Source: a virus (taxonomy: Duplodnaviria > Caudoviricetes). From it: a stretch of DNA of 57,719 nucleotides. Of this stretch, positions 19,486 to 27,256 are shown one piece after another. The DNA lies in the IMG/VR virus record IMGVR_UViG_3300030389_002117, positions 1 through 57,719 of that record; one strand, written 5' to 3'. The first letter of the stretch is position 1, and every line of letters begins with the position of its first letter. A program made the position numbers and the translations under genes. The notes under the pieces are model-generated. The model made no database searches. It was given only the letters and a program-made list of their open reading frames with translations, and was not told where the DNA came from.

Positions 19486-19945
19486 TCTCTTCTTCTTTCT
19501 TTATTAATTGTTCAAAATTATCAGGACGTGGCAACGGTTTACCAGAAAAATTCCTGTAAAATACATGGTTGCCCACTATGTTTATAAATTCATAATTGTC
19601 TTTCCAATAAGGACTAACCTCAAGAGTATGATAATGTAAGGCATCATTCCCTATGACTGTGATATAATCCCCATCTCGTAACATTAGTTCCGCTATGGCT
19701 TTTGCTCTTTGGAAAGCAAAGTCGTCAGTAACTATATCTGGTTTTCCATCGCACCACCACGAAAACTGACAACCTTCAGAGTTCTCTTGAAGAACCACTG
19801 AACAAACGTCGTCTGGGTAGTCGTCACTCCTCACTCTATTTAACGTCACCTCTGCTACTGCAATTTGACCGTCCACCTTTTCACTTCTAGCTTCAAAGTA
19901 GATATTTGCCGACAGACATAGTAGTGCAGTTGTTTCTAATATCAT
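19442..19945 (-). CDS. Cell wall hydrolase (SleB/Hydrolase_2 family)
   Basis: CL..NIYFEAR.E...GQIAVA.V.LNRV....P..VC.VV.Q...QFSW and IVGNHVFY. Confidence 0.88.
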   Translation of the reverse strand: MILETTALLCLSANIYFEARSEKVDGQIAVAEVTLNRVRSDDYPDDVCSVVLQENSEGCQFSWWCDGKPDIVTDDFAFQRAKAIAELMLRDGDYITVIGNDALHYHTLEVSPYWKDNYEFINIVGNHVFYRNFSGKPLPRPDNFEQLIKKEEENGNERRESLEILSK

Positions 19946-19972
19946 GTTCTCTCCTTAACTATTTTTATTGTC

Positions 19973-20143
19973 GCTCCCCACAATGAGGTCAGACATCGTG
20001 AGGAGCTTTGAAAGTTAACGTGTTTCTACACGGTTAGGTCACAAATGAGGTAGTTTCAATGAAACATGAAAGGAAATTTTTGCCCTAACGGTAGTGGATA
20101 ATGGCACAATGTTAAATACCGACGCTCTCACTACTTACGCCCC
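19973..20143 (-). ncRNA. Candidate multi-hairpin structured RNA in a 216-nt intergenic gap
   Basis: Four adjacent stems (19973-20006 of 13 bp, 20019-20032, 20033-20089, 20091-20134). G-U pairs favour the minus strand. Confidence 0.4.
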
Positions 20144-20162
20144 AACAAGCCAAAAACAACAA

Positions 20163-20465
20163 CTAAAAAACTTGTTGGTTATCCTCTAATATTTGTTTTA
20201 TGTTTTTCATATTTTCCTCGTTTACAACGACGGCAATGCCGTCAGATAATTTAATGTCTGTTAAGTTCTTTTGTTGTAGTGCCGTAGGCACATTGCGACC
20301 CGCTTTACATTCAATACCAAAAAATTTACTTTTGTAGCAACCCACAATGTCAGGCACTCCAGATGCACCATAACCACTCGTCACTGGATAAAAGTAATAA
20401 GCTCCAAGCTCTTTAAGTTGAGCCACAACGACTTTTTTTACTTTTGCTTCAGGTGTCATAGGCAT
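20163..20465 (-). CDS. VRR-NUC nuclease
   Basis: TPEAKVK, G.SGVPD, FFGIECKAG and PT.LQ motifs. Start placed at MPMTPE. Confidence 0.85.
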   Translation of the reverse strand: MPMTPEAKVKKVVVAQLKELGAYYFYPVTSGYGASGVPDIVGCYKSKFFGIECKAGRNVPTALQQKNLTDIKLSDGIAVVVNEENMKNIKQILEDNQQVF

Positions 20466-20616
20466 CTCTAAAATTTCCTCTCTCTTCGGTATCAATTTCC
20501 CACGTCCCGTCGTAGATGTCTACATGTCTTTTTCCATATTTAGCAATCCACTCATCTCGTGCCATGTATTCGGCATCTCCTTGCATATCAATTAACAAAT
20601 CTTTAAGCCTTCCCAT
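20449..20616 (-). CDS. Hypothetical protein (55 aa, not in ORF track)
   Basis: MGRLKDLLIDMQGDAEYMARDEWIAKYG... Fills the gap and overlaps both neighbours. Confidence 0.6.
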   Translation of the reverse strand: MGRLKDLLIDMQGDAEYMARDEWIAKYGKRHVDIYDGTWEIDTEERGNFRDAYDT

Positions 20617-20770
20617 TTTCATTCTCCATCTCAGTTAAATAATTATCTATTGTGTCAGCCACGTCATTAGGAATATCGACAATGTCCTCGTCAATATTAT
20701 TATCCCATGTGACTACAATTTTCCACGCAATTATGTTTTTCTTTTCTGTTTTATTTTTTAGCAAATCCAT
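20603..20770 (-). CDS. Hypothetical protein
   Basis: AAGGAG SD precedes ATG 20770 (MDLLKNK...). The longer track start runs through the palindrome. Confidence 0.6.
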   Translation of the reverse strand: MDLLKNKTEKKNIIAWKIVVTWDNNIDEDIVDIPNDVADTIDNYLTEMENENGKA

Positions 20771-20803
20771 TCTCCTTTCAAAAAAACTGGTATCTTGAGC
20801 AAA

Positions 20804-20821
20804 GGGGTAACATGTTACCCC
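20804..20821. promoter_or_regulatory. Perfect 18-bp palindrome GGGGTAACATGTTACCCC (putative operator)
   Basis: Self-complementary and intergenic. The same motif recurs at 23086, 25931, 26829, 27089, 27682, 27738 and 27801. Confidence 0.7.
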
Positions 20822-20839
20822 GATACCCAAAACTTTAAT

Positions 20840-21079
20840 TCACTCTTCTACATAATATCTTCCATTAAACTTATAGCCTAATCCTTTAATCAATGAACTA
20901 TCTGCGTCCATACAATGTAAAGCATAAACTTTATTTTGTAACCACGTCGGCAAATCGTCAAGACTATCATAGCTATCATTTAATTGGTTGTCAACACAAT
21001 CTATTCCTATACATTGTAAACTAACTTGTCCACTATGTTTATCTATGTCAACACAGTATAACTTGTTATAGTATGACAT
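20840..21079 (-). CDS. Hypothetical protein, paralog of the C-terminal domain of 21066-22136
   Basis: Shared Y.S.D.LP....N.VYAL...G....G.YYV pattern. Confidence 0.7.
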   Translation of the reverse strand: MSYYNKLYCVDIDKHSGQVSLQCIGIDCVDNQLNDSYDSLDDLPTWLQNKVYALHCMDADSSLIKGLGYKFNGRYYVEE

Positions 21080-22136
21080 AGTATATTCCTTCGCCTATGT
21101 GTAAACCCATACTACTACTAAAACAATCTGCAAATGTTTCTTCTGCTTTCCACGGGGACACATTACTAAATTCTTTATGCCAATGACTATCTTTCCTTTT
21201 TGAAATAACAGAAGGAAGAACAGATAAAGCATAAACACGATTTAATATTTCTTCTGGTAACGCATCAACAGAATAAATTGTTTTGGGTTCAACAAATTTC
21301 CAAGAGGTTTCTGTGAACTCTATCTGTTGCGTTTGAAACCTTTGAAAATTGTTTTGGTCAGTTTTTGTATAAACTAGAAAACTTTTAAGGTTTGTAAGAT
21401 TCGTGCTACAATTATCATAATCGTTAAAAGCATCAATATATTCTCTTATCGCAACGTGTTGTGCTGAATGGTGTATATCATTCTCCAAAATATTTTTGAA
21501 AGTATCCATCAAAGGGTGTGACTCAACAATACTCGATACTTTACGACGGAAACCAATATTTTCTTCTGCACGTTTTAATTTTACATAGGCAACATCAATT
21601 ATATCTCTCGCACACAGTTTATGAAAACACCTTATGCCGTCCCAAAGCCTAGACATATCTGTTAACGTGTACTCACGCAAACAATCTTTCATCTTGGTTA
21701 TGACACGAGAAGTGTGTTTTGAATAATGCCCACCCAAATGAGTAAAAGCTGAATCAAATTGTTTGTTTATAACTGTAGGTTTTTCGTGGTGGGTTTGAAC
21801 ATCTACACTAACATTGACAACAGGGAAAGGGTCATTATTAATACATAAAAACACCTTACTTGTGCTCAAGTTTCCAATATTTTTCTTTGCAGATTCTAAA
21901 CTATCTTTATCAAAACCACAAAACTTTAACCCACTAACTTTAAATTGCAATTTATCTTCTATGGCACGTATGTAGTTTTTAAACTCTATATTTATGTCAT
22001 CGTCTAAATGATGAGCAAAAGTTTCGTCATACATTTTGCATATTGTTTCTGCATCACAAGGTTGTGATAACTTGTTCATATGTAGTAGTTCGCTAGTTGT
22101 GTAAGGGACAAAGTCCCAATTTACTTCTGTATACAT
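21066..22136 (-). CDS. Hypothetical early protein
   Basis: 356-aa ORF in the operon with an AAGG-type SD. Confidence 0.75.
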   Translation of the reverse strand: MYTEVNWDFVPYTTSELLHMNKLSQPCDAETICKMYDETFAHHLDDDINIEFKNYIRAIEDKLQFKVSGLKFCGFDKDSLESAKKNIGNLSTSKVFLCINNDPFPVVNVSVDVQTHHEKPTVINKQFDSAFTHLGGHYSKHTSRVITKMKDCLREYTLTDMSRLWDGIRCFHKLCARDIIDVAYVKLKRAEENIGFRRKVSSIVESHPLMDTFKNILENDIHHSAQHVAIREYIDAFNDYDNCSTNLTNLKSFLVYTKTDQNNFQRFQTQQIEFTETSWKFVEPKTIYSVDALPEEILNRVYALSVLPSVISKRKDSHWHKEFSNVSPWKAEETFADCFSSSMGLHIGEGIYYVIL

Positions 22137-22137
22137 T

Positions 22138-23064
22138 TTATTTCCCTTTCTTTACAGGTTCAGGGTAAGTTGTTTTCACGAGATTTAAATACTTGTTAAC
22201 AAAATCGTTCCATTGTCTTTTAAGTTTAGACATGTCGTCGGGTCTTTCCTGTATTCGATACAAAAACTCTACCATCAATACTTCAGCAAGGTCATGTTCA
22301 AAACCTTTCTTAAATATTTCACCAACGAGAGAAAATGTAGGTATTGGAAAGTTTTTAGCTTTTCTTATTCCGTTGTAGTGAGAAAATGGGAGAATGGGTT
22401 TATCCTTCCAACGGTGTTCCTCGTAAGGTTGCAGTGGGATAAGAGGTAGCATCCACTCAAAGAAAGCATCTGCGTAAGGTTTCCATGTAGCTTTCTCTTT
22501 TTTGTTAACACGTTTTTGTGGAAACTTATGTTGGTACGTATGCCCAAGAACTGTCCAAGTTCTAGTTCCAACTTTTCTTCCGAACTTTAAGAAATAGTCA
22601 TTTTTATCTGTAGTTTTTGGTAGGTAATGACCATCAATAAATTGTCTACCTCCATGATAAGATTGTTCAAATCGTAAATTACTTGGTAATATGTTATCAA
22701 GGAATGTGTACCTCGACGTGTTTGCTCCTTGCCCTCCGTTCCGAATAGTTATTGTTTCGTGGTCTTTTAGAGGTGATAACTCCCATATGATTGCAGAATA
22801 ATTAGTGTCGGAAGCGATACCATTTCTTGTAAATCTATTATAATAGCTATCCGAATCATAATCATGGATTACAATTTTTCTTGGGTTAACTTGTTTTATT
22901 ATCTCCCAATACCGATACCTCTCTCCAACAGGTATTGTACCATATACTTTAATATATGCTTTTTCTCTATCATTGGGGTTTCTTCTATTGAGTGGCTTTA
23001 CTGTGTCGCATCTCTTTTTTGCGTCTGCAAAACTTTCTACTCTGTGCTTTGTATGTCTATACAT
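22138..23064 (-). CDS. Hypothetical early protein
   Basis: 308-aa ORF preceded by the palindrome leader cassette and AAGGAG SD. Confidence 0.75.
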   Translation of the reverse strand: MYRHTKHRVESFADAKKRCDTVKPLNRRNPNDREKAYIKVYGTIPVGERYRYWEIIKQVNPRKIVIHDYDSDSYYNRFTRNGIASDTNYSAIIWELSPLKDHETITIRNGGQGANTSRYTFLDNILPSNLRFEQSYHGGRQFIDGHYLPKTTDKNDYFLKFGRKVGTRTWTVLGHTYQHKFPQKRVNKKEKATWKPYADAFFEWMLPLIPLQPYEEHRWKDKPILPFSHYNGIRKAKNFPIPTFSLVGEIFKKGFEHDLAEVLMVEFLYRIQERPDDMSKLKRQWNDFVNKYLNLVKTTYPEPVKKGK

Positions 23065-23106
23065 TGTTTTCTCCTTTGGTTAATAGGGTAACGTGTTACC
23101 CCGTTG
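23062..23106 (-). repeat. Leader cassette copy 1 (palindrome + ATTAACCAA + SD + AAAACAATG)
   Basis: CAACGGGGTAACACGTTACCCTATTAACCAAAGGAGAAAACAATG. Confidence 0.85.
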
Positions 23107-23107
23107 A

Positions 23108-24289
23108 TTAATTTTTTATGTGAATTGTTTTTCCAATAGGTGCGATACATCTTTTATTGTTGAGTATACACCAGAGAGTTGGGCAGTTCCAATTACCGAA
23201 TGAACCACCCAAGTAACCATCAGTAAAGATAATTGTGGCTTCGGGTTTGATGCCATGTTGTGACATATATTGTGGAACACATTCAACAAGTGTACCTCCA
23301 CCACCCATGGGTTTAGTAGATTTAGTAATGTCGTCAAAGTTGTTATCATATATTTCTTCTCGACAAACTTGTGTATCCCAATACAACAACCTAACACGTT
23401 TAGGTGTAACTGCTCGGCATATAGATGATATCTCCGTTAAGAATAAAGTTAATTCTCTTTGACCGATTAGACATGATGCTGATGCGTCGCCTGCAAGGAC
23501 AAGTTCTTCCACCGACTCTGAAAAAGAACTTGGCATATAAATGCCATCACCGATAAAACGTCTGTTAGGTTTTGCCCATGTCGAATAATCTTTACCAGAA
23601 CATTTATTAGTAACAAAATCTCTGAGTTGGTCTTGCCATCTAACTTGTGGTTCTAATAAAGCATCAATGTTTCGGTTGATGCCACCCGAACCTGTTTTAC
23701 CCGCCATGATTGTACCTTGTCGCAAGTGTCCATCAATCTGCTCTTCAAGTTCTTGCACCTCTGCATCGGTGAGTTCTTGTGCTTTATCCCAATCATGTTC
23801 ATCAAAACCACCTGTGCCACCTTGTTTGTCTTGGTCTTGTTTAATGATGTCATAGACTTGTTTAGTATCCATACCAAGATACTTCGTATCATAACACCCC
23901 TTAACAAGTTCACCTGTCATGGTCGCAAAATTGTCGGGTTTGTTTTCTTCGACAAGCAACCCATTGATAACATAATCCATCGCCATGTTACTTGTTTGTG
24001 GGTTTTCTTTGGCAATATCTCGCCACGTTGTGAAGTGTCTTAACATCTTATGGTAACACTCGTGTAAGATAAGAAAGCGTAGTTCTGCATCATTGAGTTT
24101 TGATACAAACTCTCGACCATAAAATTCATCAATACCATTAGTACAAGCGGTTGGCATATCGTCAGTGACTTCTTTCTTACCCATCATCAACACACCTGTT
24201 AACGCAACATAACGTGGGTGGTTTAGGATATCGACAACACATTTATGTAGTCGTTGTTCTTCGGTTAGTGGTTTAAATAACATTTTCAT
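23108..24289 (-). CDS. DUF2201-like metallopeptidase plus vWA-domain protein
   Basis: PTACTNG, LILHECYH (HExxH), N.AMDYVIN, MIDAS-like DASAS, GGGGT and IFTDGY. Confidence 0.85.
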   Translation of the reverse strand: MKMLFKPLTEEQRLHKCVVDILNHPRYVALTGVLMMGKKEVTDDMPTACTNGIDEFYGREFVSKLNDAELRFLILHECYHKMLRHFTTWRDIAKENPQTSNMAMDYVINGLLVEENKPDNFATMTGELVKGCYDTKYLGMDTKQVYDIIKQDQDKQGGTGGFDEHDWDKAQELTDAEVQELEEQIDGHLRQGTIMAGKTGSGGINRNIDALLEPQVRWQDQLRDFVTNKCSGKDYSTWAKPNRRFIGDGIYMPSSFSESVEELVLAGDASASCLIGQRELTLFLTEISSICRAVTPKRVRLLYWDTQVCREEIYDNNFDDITKSTKPMGGGGTLVECVPQYMSQHGIKPEATIIFTDGYLGGSFGNWNCPTLWCILNNKRCIAPIGKTIHIKN

Positions 24290-24501
24290 TCCTCCTTAGT
24301 TGTTTTCTTTCTACAAGAACTTATTTTACAATTAGCTATGGCTTGTTCAGTTCTTTCCATTACATTCATTACAGTTTTTGAATGATAACCATCTTCCTCA
24401 AATTGATTAATCACTAGCAATCCATATTCATGCATGGCTTCATTTACAAAATCATATTGTGCTTCTGTTAGTGTTATTGTGTAGTACTTAGCCATTTTCA
24501 T
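24286..24501 (-). CDS. Hypothetical protein (tandem paralog B)
   Basis: MAKYYTITLT..Q...A...YG, shared with 24488-24736. Confidence 0.7.
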   Translation of the reverse strand: MKMAKYYTITLTEAQYDFVNEAMHEYGLLVINQFEEDGYHSKTVMNVMERTEQAIANCKISSCRKKTTKEE

Positions 24502-24736
24502 TCTTCTTTCTTAGTTGTTCTCTTTCAAATAGATTAACCAGCTTTCTTTCTTCTGCTTGTAACATCTTTCTACGAGAACTTACTTCATAGTTATCTACAG
24601 CTTTAACTGTTGCATTATGTAACTGTATTTCCCCAGGTAATTTATTTTTTTCAACATCATACCCATAAAAATCCAAAGCATTACTAATATGCTCTAGTTG
24701 TTTTCCTGTTAATTCTATTGTGTAGTATTTAGCCAT
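24488..24736 (-). CDS. Hypothetical protein (tandem paralog A)
   Basis: AAGGAG SD, MAKYYTIELT..Q...A...YG. Confidence 0.7.
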   Translation of the reverse strand: MAKYYTIELTGKQLEHISNALDFYGYDVEKNKLPGEIQLHNATVKAVDNYEVSSRRKMLQAEERKLVNLFEREQLRKKNENG

Positions 24737-24746
24737 TTCTCTCTCC

Positions 24747-24818
24747 TTATAAAAACATTACTACGATTATTATGGCAACAAGGACTAATGTTGCCACGAG
24801 GTCTTTTAATAATTCCAT
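24747..24818 (-). CDS. 23-aa single-transmembrane peptide (not in ORF track)
   Basis: MELLKDLVATLVLVAIIIVVMFL. Starts 2 nt after the AAA stop and ends at the next SD. Confidence 0.5.
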   Translation of the reverse strand: MELLKDLVATLVLVAIIIVVMFL

Positions 24819-24820
24819 GA

Positions 24821-25909
24821 TTACACCTTATCTGCTTGGAACATATAGTTGTTCTCTCTTGCCCATTCTCCAAACTTTGGGTGCTTGAAAACAAGTTCTC
24901 TTGCGTGATACTTCGCAGGCATAACACCTTTGATAAACATGGCTTGAAACTCTTTGTCTAGTCTTATGAAGTAGTCAAACCATGGGGTCACAAACTCTTT
25001 ACTCATTGATGCCAACGCATTGAACACCACCATCGCCTTGATGCTTGGGTTGTCGGGGACAATCGTTTCTTTTGGTTTGGCAATAATATCTGCACGTCTA
25101 GGCATCTGGTCTGCAAGTTCAATAAATGCCATCAAGTCAACTGCGCCACGTTGACCGATTGTACCCATCAATACTATCTTCATAACACCTTTTGGTATGT
25201 TATATTCTTCGCATCTGGTGATAACTTTACTTGCCATTTCTAAACTACGACCTGTTACAAAACATTCTCTTTGTAGGTTTGGGTGGTAGATGTACGGGTT
25301 GTCATTTGCTTCTTTTACTTCCTCATGTGCTTGGAAGATTTGTGGAAACTCTTTGGCAAATCCTAATACCGAGGAATGAATATTGTTGCTTATTGCCCAA
25401 TCTATCCATTCTTCGTTGGTGGGTTTTCTTAGATTGATAACCACAACCCTATCTCGGTGGTGGTCTTGTAGTAAATCGCCAATACCTTCGTTGGCTTTGT
25501 TGGTCGTTGCAAACACGATACTGCCTTCTGGTAACTTGTAACCACCTATTTGTCGTTCCAACATTATTCGCATCAACGCATTTTTAACTGACGTGTTTGC
25601 CTTGCCTATCTCGTCTAACATCAAGATAATCGGTTTGCCTGTGTGCAATCCAAACTCTTCGTTTGGTGCAAAACTTACATAGTCAACCTCTGATTGACTT
25701 TTTATCTTGGGTATCAACATATCGCCAACATCTTTTGTTGTGCAATCAAAGTATGCAAGGTGGTGACTAGGAAATGCTTCCCCCAACTCTTTGAGTGCTG
25801 ACGTTTTGCCAAACCCTTTGTCACCTACTACCAACGGTGTGACTTGGTCACCAACTGCTCTGGTAAATTCAATCGCTTGTGGTAAATTTATTGTTGTATT
25901 GTTTTCCAT
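24821..25909 (-). CDS. MoxR-like AAA+ ATPase
   Basis: Walker A GDKGFGKT, Walker B ILMLDE, FATTN sensor, TGRS. Start moved to ATG 25909 (GAGGA SD). Confidence 0.85.
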   Translation of the reverse strand: MENNTTINLPQAIEFTRAVGDQVTPLVVGDKGFGKTSALKELGEAFPSHHLAYFDCTTKDVGDMLIPKIKSQSEVDYVSFAPNEEFGLHTGKPIILMLDEIGKANTSVKNALMRIMLERQIGGYKLPEGSIVFATTNKANEGIGDLLQDHHRDRVVVINLRKPTNEEWIDWAISNNIHSSVLGFAKEFPQIFQAHEEVKEANDNPYIYHPNLQRECFVTGRSLEMASKVITRCEEYNIPKGVMKIVLMGTIGQRGAVDLMAFIELADQMPRRADIIAKPKETIVPDNPSIKAMVVFNALASMSKEFVTPWFDYFIRLDKEFQAMFIKGVMPAKYHARELVFKHPKFGEWARENNYMFQADKV

Positions 25910-25952
25910 TGTTTTATCCTCTTGGTTAATGGGGTAACATGTTACCCTGTTG
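25907..25952 (-). repeat. Leader cassette copy 2
   Basis: CAACAGGGTAACATGTTACCCCATTAACCAAGAGGATAAAACAATG. Confidence 0.85.
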
Positions 25953-25958
25953 TTTAAA

Positions 25959-26867
25959 TTAGAAGTCAAGTGTTTTGATTTGCTTGATTGCTTCGTCAAC
26001 CTTTGTCTTAACTTGTTTGCGTAAGGTTGCATCTTTACGTAACCCATCAGGTGTTACGTCCTTAAATAACTCTTGTAAACTTTTACGTAACTTTGTTATC
26101 TCAGGGTCATCTGTTATACCCAGAAGAGAGATTGCATTGGTCACATTCGATACAAGAGTATCTCGGAAAGTCTTTTTGGATTCGTTGTCCTTGAAATCCA
26201 GACGTTCCGACATTCTTTGCAAAGGGTCAACCATGGATATGATTGCCTTTGTGAACATACGATTATAATATTCCTCGAAATTTTTCTTTATAGCATCTTC
26301 TTGCTCTTTGCCTATATCAACTCTGAAGTCTGGTGCTGACGGCAAAGCCATGACGTTTAGTCGCCAACTAAATTTATCTCGTAACGTGTTTGCGTCGGGA
26401 TAATCGTTTTGGTTGAACAAGTCACCGAGTTTTGTTTGTGCTTCGATAACTGCCCAATCGTATGACTTCAAAAATGTCTCGACTAATTTCCAATATTTTT
26501 GTTCAAGTTCTGACAGTTTGTTTGTAAAAGATAAAAACTCGCCGTTGGGTATTATACGCAATCCGTTGTCTGACCATGGCAAAGTTAATTGATAAACTGT
26601 ACTGCGTGCTAAACCTACAAACTTTTTTATTGCATCTAAGTTTGGGTTATTACCGAGTAATGACTTGTAAACACTCGCCACGTTGACATCTGCGTTATTA
26701 CTTGCCGTGACTTGAGAACTTGCTCCTTTATCTTGGCAACGTCCTGTCCATTGTGAGATATTAAACTCAACCAAAGAACAAGCTCCTGTTAAACTTGGGT
26801 ATGTGTTTTGTTGTGTTGTTGAGTAATCGGGTAACGTGTTACCCTGTTGTGTTGTTGTATCTTTCAT
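25959..26867 (-). CDS. DUF3150-like hypothetical protein
   Basis: W.G...D, TLPW...G.R..P, LGDLFN..DYP and DFRV motifs. Adjacent to AAA and vWA genes. A palindrome lies in its 5' coding part (26829-26844). Confidence 0.6.
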   Translation of the reverse strand: MKDTTTQQGNTLPDYSTTQQNTYPSLTGACSLVEFNISQWTGRCQDKGASSQVTASNNADVNVASVYKSLLGNNPNLDAIKKFVGLARSTVYQLTLPWSDNGLRIIPNGEFLSFTNKLSELEQKYWKLVETFLKSYDWAVIEAQTKLGDLFNQNDYPDANTLRDKFSWRLNVMALPSAPDFRVDIGKEQEDAIKKNFEEYYNRMFTKAIISMVDPLQRMSERLDFKDNESKKTFRDTLVSNVTNAISLLGITDDPEITKLRKSLQELFKDVTPDGLRKDATLRKQVKTKVDEAIKQIKTLDF

Positions 26868-26876
26868 TTTATTCTC

Positions 26877-27065
26877 CTATTGTTTGTTAAGTTGTTGTAG
26901 TTCTTTTGTATTGCTGATACGTGTGTACCCTTGCTTGTGTGCAATCGGTGCAATCGTCCAACCTTGCCTTGTTTCTTGTGCTAACGTGTCACCACAAGAT
27001 AGACAAGTTTTGTATCCTAACTCGTAACGTCTTGGGTTAATATCTTCGCCACATTTACATAACAT
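26877..27065 (-). CDS. Small C4 zinc-finger protein (DksA/TraR-like finger)
   Basis: CKCGEDINPRRYELGYKTCLSCG. First gene after the consensus promoter. Confidence 0.65.
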   Translation of the reverse strand: MLCKCGEDINPRRYELGYKTCLSCGDTLAQETRQGWTIAPIAHKQGYTRISNTKELQQLNKQ

Positions 27066-27110
27066 ATTGTTTTACCTCTTTGGTTAATGGGGTAACACGT
27101 TACCCCGTTG
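27063..27110 (-). repeat. Leader cassette copy 3
   Basis: CAACGGGGTAACGTGTTACCCCATTAACCAAAGAGGTAAAACAATATG. Confidence 0.85.
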
Positions 27111-27171
27111 GTTAAATCTTTGTAGTAACGTGTTATCATATGACGTTATACGATAACTTGAAACCACTTAC

Positions 27172-27200
27172 AGTATAGCAAATTACAGGGCTTGTGTCAA
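27172..27200 (-). promoter_or_regulatory. Sigma70-type early promoter
   Basis: TTGACA (27200-27195), 17-bp spacer, TATACT (27177-27172) with extended -10 TGn. Confidence 0.8.
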
Positions 27201-27256
27201 GAAGTGTTACTCAAGAGTTTTTAGTATCACATGGTGTTACATAAGTTTTTTGAGTA

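Noticed and set aside
25910-26047. N-terminal extension of the AAA ATPase
   Set aside because: It overlaps the upstream gene and the leader cassette. The SD supports ATG 25909.
20804-27110. Integron attC sites
   Set aside because: The arms GGGTAAC/GTTACCC do not fit RYYYAAC/GTTRRRY, the elements are too short, and no integron integrase is visible.
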